Source: Bacillota bacterium (GTDB lineage: Bacteria > Bacillota > UBA994 > UBA5500). Taken from it: a DNA stretch of 62,469 nucleotides. Positions 46,617-54,598 of the stretch are shown here, in pieces. The stretch lies in assembly GCA_023622465.1 (NCBI GenBank), contig JAMNZE010000093.1, forward strand, positions 1 through 62,469, read 5' to 3'. A program made the translations under genes and the position numbers. The notes beneath the pieces were generated by a model. That model was not told where the DNA came from and did no database searches. It worked only from the letters and a program-made list of their open reading frames with translations. How positions within the stretch are numbered: position 1 is the stretch's first letter; the number at the start of each line of letters is the position of its first letter.

Positions 46617-46952
46617 ATGAACGTCTACGATCAGGCCCATGCGTTAGCTCGAAACTTAAGAAACCATCCCGATGTTGTTGCTTTGCGGGAAGCAAAGGCC
46701 AAGGTAGATGCAGATCCGCAAGCTAAGAGCATGCTAGATAATTTTATAGAAAAGAGTATGCAGTTAAGAATGAAAGAAATGAAAGGTGAGGATATTAGTC
46801 CAGAGGAAAAGGAACAGTTAGAAAAGCTATCGGAAATAGTTTTCCTACATTCAGATATTCGTGCCTTTCAAGAGCGCAGTATGCGCGTTGAGAGGTTGCT
46901 GCATGACATCTATGGCATAATTACTAGGGCCGTGCAGCTCGAGACAGACTAG
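46617..46952 (+). CDS. YlbF/YmcA-family regulatory protein
   Basis: MNVYDQAHALARNLRNHPDVVALREAKAKVDADPQAKSMLDNF is typical of the UPF0342/YlbF family. The ATG lies 6 nt after GGGGAGGAG. Confidence 0.75.
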   Translation: MNVYDQAHALARNLRNHPDVVALREAKAKVDADPQAKSMLDNFIEKSMQLRMKEMKGEDISPEEKEQLEKLSEIVFLHSDIRAFQERSMRVERLLHDIYGIITRAVQLETD

Positions 46953-46976
46953 CTAGGAAAGGCGGTATTCTAGTAG

Positions 46977-48068
46977 ATGTTATCTTGTGGTATTGTGGGG
47001 CTCCCTACAGTGGGGAAAACCACCCTATTTAATCTGCTGACGGGAGCCCAGGTACAGAAGTCCCAGTTTTTTTCGGGGCGCATCGATGCCAATGTGGGTA
47101 TTGCCAAGGTGCCCGATGCCCGTATCGATTTCTTATCCGATTTATACAAACCTAAGAAAACGACCTACGCCCAAATGGAAGTCATTGACCTCCCCGGATT
47201 GGTTAGAGGGGCTAGTCAAGGGCAGGGAGTCGGCAACGCTTTCCTGGACGGTGTGCGTCAGGTAGATGCTCTGATCCAAGTGGTACGAGCCTTTAACAAC
47301 CCGGACGTTTTGCACGTGGAAGAGAGTATTGACCCCATGCGGGATATGGAAACCATCAATTTTGAGCTCCTGATGGCCGACCTGGATTTCGTAGATAAGC
47401 GAATTACCCGTATTAAAGAAAGCAAAAAGGTAAAGCCAGAGCAGCTGCAGGAGTTGGCCGTTTTAGAGAAATGTATGGCCCACTTGGAGCAGGAACTGCC
47501 CTTTTCCAGTTTGGAATTGGAGCCTGAGGAGCAGGCGGCTTTGCAGAATTATACATTCTTAACTGACAAGCCCATGCTAGTGGTGGTCAATTTGGATGAG
47601 GAACAGTTCGCTACTAAGGATTATCCTCAGCGGGAAGCCCTTTTAGCGGCTGCAGAAGCTAAAGGTTTGCCGGTAATAGAGCTCTGTGTGCAGATTGAAG
47701 AGGAAATTAGCCAGCTGGATAAGGAGGATCGGGAGCTATTTTTTGCTGAGCTGGGCATTACCGAGCCGGCCATTAACCGGGTGATGCGGGTAGCTTACGA
47801 AACCCTAGGGCTGATCTCCTTCTTTACTGTAGGAGCCGATGAGGTGAGAGCCTGGACCATTCGCCAAGGTACAACAGCCAAAAAGGCGGCCGGGGAAATC
47901 CACTCCGATTTGGAGCGAGGGTTTATCCGGGCCGAAGTGATTAAGTTTACCGATCTAGCCGAGTTGGGAAGCGAGGTAAAAGTAAAAGAGGCGGGTAAGG
48001 CCACTTTAGAAGGTAAGGAGTATGTGGTGCAAGACGGGGATATTATGCATATTCGCTTCAACGTATAA
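46977..48068 (+). CDS. ychF: Ribosome-binding ATPase YchF
   Basis: It has the P-loop GIVGLPTVGKTTLFN, an inserted coiled-coil domain and a C-terminal TGS-like domain (EGKEYVVQDGDIMHIRFNV). Confidence 0.92.
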   Translation: MLSCGIVGLPTVGKTTLFNLLTGAQVQKSQFFSGRIDANVGIAKVPDARIDFLSDLYKPKKTTYAQMEVIDLPGLVRGASQGQGVGNAFLDGVRQVDALIQVVRAFNNPDVLHVEESIDPMRDMETINFELLMADLDFVDKRITRIKESKKVKPEQLQELAVLEKCMAHLEQELPFSSLELEPEEQAALQNYTFLTDKPMLVVVNLDEEQFATKDYPQREALLAAAEAKGLPVIELCVQIEEEISQLDKEDRELFFAELGITEPAINRVMRVAYETLGLISFFTVGADEVRAWTIRQGTTAKKAAGEIHSDLERGFIRAEVIKFTDLAELGSEVKVKEAGKATLEGKEYVVQDGDIMHIRFNV

Positions 48069-48086
48069 CTGCAGGGAGGCAGAACA

Positions 48087-48815
48087 ATGAATACGCCGCA
48101 GATAGCAGCGCAACTGGTCAGTTGGCTAAAGGATTATGTATATGGGGCTGGCAGCCGGGGTGTGGTTTTTGGTCTTTCGGGTGGATTAGATTCGGCCGTA
48201 GTGGCCGGGCTAGCCGTGCGCGCCTTCGGTGACGATGCCTTGGGTATTATCATGCCCTGTTATAGTGACCCCACCGATGCCGAACATGCCGAGCTGTGTG
48301 CCCAGACGCTGGGGCTACCGGTGATTACCGTTGATCTTAATCAACCCTTCGATGCCCTATGTCAAGTCTTATCTGTCACTGCCGATTCGCCCCCTTTAGC
48401 CGTTGCCAATCTTAAACCCCGTCTGCGCATGCTGACCCTCAACTACTATGCGGCTGAGCGCCGGGCGTTAGTACTGGGAGGAACCAACCGTAGCGAATGG
48501 GTAACCGGCTACTTTACCAAGCATGGCGATACAGGAGTTGACCTAATGCCCATTGCCGGCCTGGTTAAAAGCCAGGTGCGAGAATTGGCAGCCTACCTGG
48601 GTGTCCCACAGGTTATTATAGATAAGGCCCCTTCCGCCGGTCTTTGGCCTGGCCAAACCGATGAGGAAGAAATGGGAATTACCTACGACCAATTGGATGA
48701 GTATATCTTAACGGGCAAGGCCGACGCCAATGTGAAAGAGATTGCCGACCGTCTACAACAACGGAGCGAGCACAAGCGGCGCCTGCCACCAATACCCCCG
48801 TTTTGTTTTAATTAA
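48087..48815 (+). CDS. nadE: NH3-dependent NAD+ synthetase
   Basis: It has the PP-loop SGGLDSAVVA and a NadE family pattern. Length is 242 aa. Confidence 0.9.
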   Translation: MNTPQIAAQLVSWLKDYVYGAGSRGVVFGLSGGLDSAVVAGLAVRAFGDDALGIIMPCYSDPTDAEHAELCAQTLGLPVITVDLNQPFDALCQVLSVTADSPPLAVANLKPRLRMLTLNYYAAERRALVLGGTNRSEWVTGYFTKHGDTGVDLMPIAGLVKSQVRELAAYLGVPQVIIDKAPSAGLWPGQTDEEEMGITYDQLDEYILTGKADANVKEIADRLQQRSEHKRRLPPIPPFCFN

Positions 48816-48854
48816 TCCATATACTTGTTTTGATATAGGGAGGTTTGAAAAAGA

Positions 48855-49595
48855 ATGGCTGGCCATTCCAAGTGGAGTAATATTAAACACCGCAAAGCAA
48901 AAGCCGATGCCCAAAAGGGCAAGATATTTGCCAAGGTTGCAAGGGAAATAATTGTAGCAGTAAAACATGGTGGCGCTGATCCGGAAAGTAATTTTGCGCT
49001 CCGCATGGCCTTAGATAAGGCACGCAACTATAATATCCCCAATGAAAATATTAAACGCGCCATTCAACGGGGGTTGGGCGCCAGCGATGGCGATAACTAC
49101 GAGGAGTTCACCTATGAAGGCTATGGGCCCGGGGGTGTGGCCGTTATGCTTGACCTGCTCAGTGATAATCGCAATCGAACGGCTGCCGATATTCGCCATC
49201 TTTTTAGCAAACATGGCGGTAATTTGGGCGAGAGCGGTAGTGTAGCTTATCTCTTTGATAAAAAGGGACTAATCGTCATTGATCGGGAGCAGGAGTCCCG
49301 CTCCGAAGATGAGATGATGCTTTTGGCCTTAGAGGCAGGGGCTGAAGATATACAGGTGGAAGAAGATAGCTTTGAAATTGTAACGGACCCATCCCAGTTG
49401 GAGAGTGTGCGTAACTTCTTTGCAGAACAAGACATAGCTATCGCCTCGGCCGAGGTTTCTATGATTCCGCAAACCACCGTTTCCGTTGAGGGCGAGGTGG
49501 CTGAAAAGGTGCTGAAACTCTTGGAAGCTCTAGAAGACCACGACGATGTGCAAAACGTATACACTAACGCTGACCTGCCCGATGAGGAAGCGTAA
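48855..49595 (+). CDS. yebC: YebC/PmpR-family transcriptional regulator
   Basis: The highly conserved N-terminus MAGHSKWSNIKHRKAKADAQKGKIFAK is present. Confidence 0.93.
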   Translation: MAGHSKWSNIKHRKAKADAQKGKIFAKVAREIIVAVKHGGADPESNFALRMALDKARNYNIPNENIKRAIQRGLGASDGDNYEEFTYEGYGPGGVAVMLDLLSDNRNRTAADIRHLFSKHGGNLGESGSVAYLFDKKGLIVIDREQESRSEDEMMLLALEAGAEDIQVEEDSFEIVTDPSQLESVRNFFAEQDIAIASAEVSMIPQTTVSVEGEVAEKVLKLLEALEDHDDVQNVYTNADLPDEEA

Positions 49596-49604
49596 ATAGG
49601 TAGC

Positions 49605-49640
49605 GGGGCTGTGCGCAGAAGAAGTTCTGCGCACAGCCCC
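49605..49640. terminator. Bidirectional terminator (GC-rich palindrome family)
   Basis: GGGGCTGTGCGCAGAA-gaag-TTCTGCGCACAGCCCC, a perfect 16-bp stem between the convergent yebC and gene A. Confidence 0.75.
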
Positions 49641-49645
49641 GTTTC

Positions 49646-50503
49646 TTAGCCGATCTGACCCTGACAGTAGATGATAACTCTGGTATCAGTGTCAGTCGTG
49701 TTTGTAATGACTACCCGTAAATAGCGGGCAAAAACATCGGCCACTAGCCGGGTTGTATCCGAAGGCTGCACCAGCCGGGGGGCACTGCTACTGACGTAGT
49801 TGATTCCGTCGGCAGATATTTCTAAGTGGGCACTTACAGAACTGGGGCCCTCATTAGTAACTATGGCAGTCATAATACGGGTGTCACTGACATCTATCAC
49901 CATATCTCTAGTGTCGTTAGCTGGAACAGTCACATTCCCATGAGCATTGACAAAGGTGGGCGGAGCAACAACCGTCTGCGGCAGGGTATATTCAATCATC
50001 AGTTGCGGCCAATAATCCGAGTTGGGCGCATTAGTGGAATGGATTTGGAAAAAGGTCCCTCGAGCTAAGTTTGATGCACCTAAAATCATTAGCCCTAATG
50101 GGGCGTATTCCCCCGAGTGCCATTTTTGTACCAGGCTGGTTAAGTCTAAATTAAGCAGCCCGGTGCTAGGAGTGGGGAAAACCTGTAAGGGATTAGAGTC
50201 ATACTCGGGACAGGTGCGCCACGTCACCCAACGCCAATTCCAATTACTTATGATTCTACATACCTTAAATGTGGCTTGTGTATCGGTTTGCTTCACATTC
50301 TGGACCCTCAGCAGCAGTTGGGCATTGAGAATGGTAGCATTAGCAGGCAAAACTGATTGGGGCCTAAAATTGATCAATGTATATCCTAAAGAGCCGTTAA
50401 AATCCCGCCCCACCGACAGGTGTTGGTGGCGGGAATAATTTTGGTAAGGGCGAAACTGGTAGACGAAGGTATTGCCACGGGCTGGAAGAAAGATGGTAGG
50501 CAT
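49646..50503 (-). CDS. Hypothetical protein A: DNRLRE-like N-terminal domain plus C-terminal domain shared with gene B
   Basis: 285 aa with an RBS GGGAGG 9 nt before the ATG. The N-terminal 175 aa carry the pattern LINF..LPANATILNAQLLL...W.WRWVTW...PQLMIEY. There is no signal peptide. The C-terminal 80 aa align to the gene B tail. Confidence 0.6.
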   Translation of the reverse strand: MPTIFLPARGNTFVYQFRPYQNYSRHQHLSVGRDFNGSLGYTLINFRPQSVLPANATILNAQLLLRVQNVKQTDTQATFKVCRIISNWNWRWVTWRTCPEYDSNPLQVFPTPSTGLLNLDLTSLVQKWHSGEYAPLGLMILGASNLARGTFFQIHSTNAPNSDYWPQLMIEYTLPQTVVAPPTFVNAHGNVTVPANDTRDMVIDVSDTRIMTAIVTNEGPSSVSAHLEISADGINYVSSSAPRLVQPSDTTRLVADVFARYLRVVITNTTDTDTRVIIYCQGQIG

Positions 50504-50620
50504 AGCAAATCGCCTCCCTAGTTAGCTCTTTTATAGCAGTATATGTTGCACAAAATATATATGACAGTTGAAGATGAGAACCAATATGCTAGTAACACTG
50601 TTGTGTATAGTGTCATATCT

Positions 50621-50652
50621 TGATACAAATGCAGCCAGCTGCATTGATATCA
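50621..50652. promoter_or_regulatory. 32-bp imperfect palindrome upstream of gene B
   Basis: TGATAcaAATGCAGCcaGCTGCATTgaTATCA. The core 8-bp arms are perfect. It ends 4 nt before the GAAGAGGTG RBS region. Confidence 0.4.
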
Positions 50653-50671
50653 AGTGAAGAGGTGAGCACGG

Positions 50672-51556
50672 ATGCCCAACTATAAAGTATTTCAAGATGC
50701 CCCCTCGGAACTGAGGGTCCGAATCTATGGTCTTGATAACGGCCTGGATCAATCAATAAAGGTAGACGCCACAGGCGCGGTAGCTATTCAAAATGATGGC
50801 GGTAGCCTGACCGTAGACGCCACCGATCTGGATATCCGCGACTTGAATAATGCCACTGACAATGTACTGGTCTATGGTAGCGACGGCGTAGACAATCAGC
50901 CTCTGCTTACCGATGCAACCGGTGCCTTAGCCATCCAGGATAATGGTGGTAGCCTAACCGTAGACGCCACCGATTTAGATATCCGTGACCTAGATAACGC
51001 CACTGACAATGTACTGGTCTATGGTAGTGACGGCGTAGATAATCTGCCTCTGCTTACCGATGCAACCGGTGCCTTAGCCATTCAGGATAATGGTGGTAGC
51101 CTAACCGTAGATGCCACCGATTTAGATATCCGTGATTTGGATAACACCACCGATAGCGTTTTGGTCTACGGTAACGATGGTGATAATAATGTGGCTCTAC
51201 TCACCGACGCCAACGGTGTGTTACAGGTGGCAGTCGTCTCCAGCTATAGGGAGGCCTCTGAAACGGTCAATACAGGTGCCACTTTCGTCGGCTCTACCGC
51301 CCAAGACATTAGTCTCCACCCCAACTATACCTGGTTTATAAAGAATACCGGTGTTAATACGGCCACTGTGAAGCTGCAGATTAGCCCTAACAATGTGGAT
51401 TGGGTAGACGATGGGACGGATCACGAGCTCGAGGCCGGCGAATCTATGGTTCTCGTCGCCAACGTGTTCCTTCGCTACACTCGGGTAGCCTATCAATCGA
51501 CGGTCACCGACGAGGATACGACCCTAGAATTAACCTGGCAGGCTTACGGAGGTTAA
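50672..51556 (+). CDS. Hypothetical protein B: 3 x 49-aa Asp/Thr/Gly-rich repeats plus C-terminal domain shared with gene A
   Basis: 294 aa with no signal peptide. The repeat unit is DATGALAIQDNGGSLTVDATDLDIRDLDNATDNVLVYGSDGVDNLPLLT. The tail ...LVANVFLRYTRVAYQSTVTDEDTTLELTWQAY aligns to gene A. Confidence 0.6.
   Translation: MPNYKVFQDAPSELRVRIYGLDNGLDQSIKVDATGAVAIQNDGGSLTVDATDLDIRDLNNATDNVLVYGSDGVDNQPLLTDATGALAIQDNGGSLTVDATDLDIRDLDNATDNVLVYGSDGVDNLPLLTDATGALAIQDNGGSLTVDATDLDIRDLDNTTDSVLVYGNDGDNNVALLTDANGVLQVAVVSSYREASETVNTGATFVGSTAQDISLHPNYTWFIKNTGVNTATVKLQISPNNVDWVDDGTDHELEAGESMVLVANVFLRYTRVAYQSTVTDEDTTLELTWQAYGG
50765..51205 (+). repeat. Three in-frame 147-bp tandem repeats
   Basis: The units are 50765..50911, 50912..51058 and 51059..51205. 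Units 1 and 2 are nearly identical in their 3' halves. Units 2 and 3 are nearly identical in their 5' halves. Confidence 0.9.
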
Positions 51557-51566
51557 AGAGAAGTCT

Positions 51567-51597
51567 GGTAGCAGCCGAAGTCCGGCTGCTACCTTTT
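51567..51597 (+). terminator. Intrinsic terminator
   Basis: Stem GGTAGCAGCCG, 5-nt loop, stem CGGCTGCTACC, followed by TTTT. Confidence 0.75.
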
Positions 51598-51664
51598 CAT
51601 GTATGCAATTACCAGCTTGTGGTTATACTACTCCTGGTTATATTAACCAGGAGGTGAATACAAC

Positions 51665-52216
51665 ATGAAGCGTCGTTGGCTAGTTTTGGTGGGCATTATA
51701 GCCGGCGTTTATATCCTCATCGCTTCTGGTTGGCTAACAACCTTTTTGGCCAATACAGCCACTGATCATATACGCGAACCTGAATACCAACGTTATTGGG
51801 CTGAGCTTTTCGGCCGGAATGCCCTTGTGAACTATCAATTAGAATACGACTGCGGTCACAGTCTTGTAGTGGCTGAGCCCGATTTGACCCCGGAACTGCT
51901 CATGGTCGCCCCTCACAATATGGAACAAACGGTGCGAGCCATGCAAATAAAACCGCGGTTGGATGACGTGATACTTCTACAAGGTACAGTGGCAGCCGCC
52001 TGTCCCGATTGCCAGAGTTACTTCTGGATCGGCGAACAGGATGGGTGCGTGGCTGTCTGGCAGGGGAAGGATAGGGCCACCGCCGTTTTTCTGCAACGCT
52101 TTGAGGATATGTCGGTGGCGCGCCTGCCAACGGCAGTGCAGCAGCAGCTGCGAGAAGGCATTGTGGTTCACTCGGAAGATGAACTGGCCCAAGTACTGGA
52201 AGGACTCGATCGCTAA
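51665..52216 (+). CDS. BofC-like protein (bypass-of-forespore C C-terminal domain)
   Basis: An N-terminal TM/signal helix is present. The C-terminal WIGEQDGCVAVWQG...LPTAVQQQLREGIVVHSEDELAQVLEGL resembles B. subtilis BofC, whose gene also sits next to ruvA. Confidence 0.6.
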   Translation: MKRRWLVLVGIIAGVYILIASGWLTTFLANTATDHIREPEYQRYWAELFGRNALVNYQLEYDCGHSLVVAEPDLTPELLMVAPHNMEQTVRAMQIKPRLDDVILLQGTVAAACPDCQSYFWIGEQDGCVAVWQGKDRATAVFLQRFEDMSVARLPTAVQQQLREGIVVHSEDELAQVLEGLDR

Positions 52217-52231
52217 ACTAAATACTTAAGC

Positions 52232-52271
52232 AAAAGGAGGCAGCCCTTGATGGGGATGCCTCCTTTTGTTT
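52232..52271 (+). terminator. Intrinsic terminator
   Basis: Stems AAAAGGAGGCA and TGCCTCCTTTT around a 14-nt loop, followed by GTTT. Confidence 0.7.
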
Positions 52272-52384
52272 GGCGCGGAAACAAAACGTACCCTTTTCTT
52301 CGTCATGTCCCACTTCTCCTAGGCAAGCAGGTGTTTGCCCTTTGCGTGTCGAAGGGATGACAAGTAGCATAAGGAGGAGATGTT

Positions 52385-52891
52385 GTGCTTGTTATGGGAG
52401 TTGATCCGGGCATAGCCATCACCGGTTATGGGTTTGTACAGCCGGGCCGCCAAGGCAGTGGCCAGGCTATTGCCTATGGTTGCATACGTACACCAGCCCG
52501 TACGCCGTTGGCTGAACGCCTATTACTTTTATACCAAGAAATTAGCGCTCTAATTGATGAGCATCAACCCGATGTGTTAGCTATTGAGCAGCTGTTTTTT
52601 AACCGCAATACCACAACCGCTTTTACTGTGGCACAGGCCCGGGGGGTAGTGGTGTTGGCAGCGGCCCAACAAGGGGTAGCAGTCGTGGAGTATACTCCCC
52701 TTCAGGTAAAACAAGCCGTTGTTGGCTATGGTCGGGCCGAGAAGCAGCAGGTGCAGCATATGGTGAAAGCCCTGCTCAATTTGGCTAGTGCTCCCAAACC
52801 CGATGACGTGGCTGATGCACTGGCCATCGCTATTTGCCATGCTCATAGCATGCAGTACAATAATTTGCTGCGGATAGGGAGGGAGCATTAA
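52385..52891 (+). CDS. ruvC: Crossover junction endodeoxyribonuclease RuvC
   Basis: It has GVDPGIAITGYG, LAIEQLFF and DDVADALAIAICHA catalytic-acid motifs. Confidence 0.9.
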   Translation: MLVMGVDPGIAITGYGFVQPGRQGSGQAIAYGCIRTPARTPLAERLLLLYQEISALIDEHQPDVLAIEQLFFNRNTTTAFTVAQARGVVVLAAAQQGVAVVEYTPLQVKQAVVGYGRAEKQQVQHMVKALLNLASAPKPDDVADALAIAICHAHSMQYNNLLRIGREH

Positions 52892-52895
52892 GGCT

Positions 52896-53510
52896 ATGTT
52901 TGCTTACTTACGTGGCAAGCTAGTTAATAAGGGCACCAATTTTGTGGTGTTGGAAGTAAATGATATTGGTTATCGGGTTTACGTACCCCAGCGGCTGTTG
53001 GCCGGTTTAGAGCTGGATAGCGAAATTTTGTTACATACCTATATGCAAGTGCGTGAAGATGATATATCTCTATATGGGTTTACTGAACTAGAAACCCTCA
53101 CCCTGTTTGAAACCCTACTCACCGTTTCGGGAGTGGGGCCGAAGCTGGCCGTTAGCATCGTCGATACCATGCCCAGCCAAGTGTTTTGTCGGGCCATCTT
53201 GCAGAACGAAATATCGGTGTTAACCAAAATCCCCGGTATCGGCAAGAAAACCGCCCAGCGCCTGGTGTTAGAACTGAAGGATAAGTTGGCAGCCCAGGCC
53301 GACTCCTTATCCACTGAAGGGGAGGCTGCTCCTCTGGTGGACGATAGCGCGCAAGCTCAGGTGATGGCTGCCCTTACCGCATTAGGCTATCGGCCCGAGG
53401 AAGCAGCAGGAGCTATGCGGGCCGCTGCTAAGCAACAGCCCGAGCTAACAAAGAGTGAGTCGGGCCTATTACGCGAGGCGCTAAGATACTTAGGGTCACG
53501 TAGCAGATAG
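52896..53510 (+). CDS. ruvA: Holliday junction branch migration complex subunit RuvA
   Basis: It has MFAYLRGKL...VNDIGYRV and HhH motifs ([18 protein letters not shown]). Confidence 0.92.
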   Translation: MFAYLRGKLVNKGTNFVVLEVNDIGYRVYVPQRLLAGLELDSEILLHTYMQVREDDISLYGFTELETLTLFETLLTVSGVGPKLAVSIVDTMPSQVFCRAILQNEISVLTKIPGIGKKTAQRLVLELKDKLAAQADSLSTEGEAAPLVDDSAQAQVMAALTALGYRPEEAAGAMRAAAKQQPELTKSESGLLREALRYLGSRSR

Positions 53511-53521
53511 GGGGAGTATGG

Positions 53522-54547
53522 ATGCAGGAAGAGCGTATAATTGCTGGTGAACTACAGCTCGAAGATACGGAAGTGGAAAATAGCCTCAGGCCACGTTATT
53601 TGCGGGAGTATATCGGGCAGGACAAGGTAAAGGAGACCCTGGGTATTTTTATTCAGGCGGCCAAGCAGCGGCGAGAGGCATTGGATCATGTGCTACTATA
53701 TGGTCCACCAGGGCTAGGTAAGACCACCTTGTCCCATATTATCGCCAATGAGCTGGGAGTAAATTTGCGCATTACTTCTGGGCCGGCCATCGAGCGCCCC
53801 GGCGATCTGGCCGCATTGCTGACCAATCTCAGTCCTTATGACTGCCTGTTTATCGATGAAATCCACCGCCTCAATAGGAGTGTGGAAGAGGTGCTCTACC
53901 CGGCCATGGAAGATTATGCTCTGGACATTATCATCGGTAAGGGCCCGAGCGCCCGTTCCATTCGCCTCGACTTGCCACCCTTTACTCTGATCGGGGCGAC
54001 CACCCGGGCCGGTGCTCTCTCGGCTCCTCTGCGGGACCGTTTCGGGGTTATTAGCCGCCTCGAATTCTATTCAGAGGAGGATCTGCAAGCTATAGCTTTC
54101 CGTTCGGCTCGCATTTTAGGTATCAGCCTAGCCGAAGATGGAGCCTATGAACTGGCCCGGCGAGCGCGGGGCACCCCACGGGTGGTCAACCGTCTTTTGC
54201 GCCGGGTGCGCGATTATGCGGAGGTAAAGGGCGATGGTGTAATTACACTAGAAGTGGCTAAAGCCGCTCTGCAGCTGTTGGAAATTGATGAGTTAGGGCT
54301 GGATGCCACCGACCGCCAGTTATTGACCACCATCATTGAGCGTTACGATGGAGGGCCGGTGGGGCTAGATACCATGGCGGCCACCATTAGCGAATCTCCC
54401 GATACTATAGAAGATTTGTTGGAACCCTATTTAATGCAGATCGGTTTGTTGCAGCGCACCCCCCGGGGTCGCATGGTCACCCGTCTGGCCTGCGAGCATT
54501 TGGGTATCGCGCCTAAGGCGGAAAACGAACAATTGCGTTTGCTGTAG
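53522..54547 (+). CDS. ruvB: Holliday junction branch migration DNA helicase RuvB
   Basis: It has [12 protein letters not shown], Walker [10 protein letters not shown], and DEIHRL. Confidence 0.95.
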   Translation: MQEERIIAGELQLEDTEVENSLRPRYLREYIGQDKVKETLGIFIQAAKQRREALDHVLLYGPPGLGKTTLSHIIANELGVNLRITSGPAIERPGDLAALLTNLSPYDCLFIDEIHRLNRSVEEVLYPAMEDYALDIIIGKGPSARSIRLDLPPFTLIGATTRAGALSAPLRDRFGVISRLEFYSEEDLQAIAFRSARILGISLAEDGAYELARRARGTPRVVNRLLRRVRDYAEVKGDGVITLEVAKAALQLLEIDELGLDATDRQLLTTIIERYDGGPVGLDTMAATISESPDTIEDLLEPYLMQIGLLQRTPRGRMVTRLACEHLGIAPKAENEQLRLL

Positions 54548-54556
54548 AAGATAAAC

Positions 54557-54592
54557 GGGGCTATTCGCAAAATTGTTCTTGCGAATAGCCCC
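54557..54592. terminator. Bidirectional terminator (GC-rich palindrome family)
   Basis: GGGGCTATTCGCAA-aattgttc-TTGCGAATAGCCCC between the convergent ruvB and the fucosidase gene. Confidence 0.75.
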
Positions 54593-54598
54593 AATTTA

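Noticed and set aside
50765-51205. The regular 147-bp repeats might be a CRISPR-like or satellite array.
   Set aside because: The repeats are contiguous with no spacers, are in frame, and translate into a coherent 49-aa protein repeat. No cas genes are nearby.
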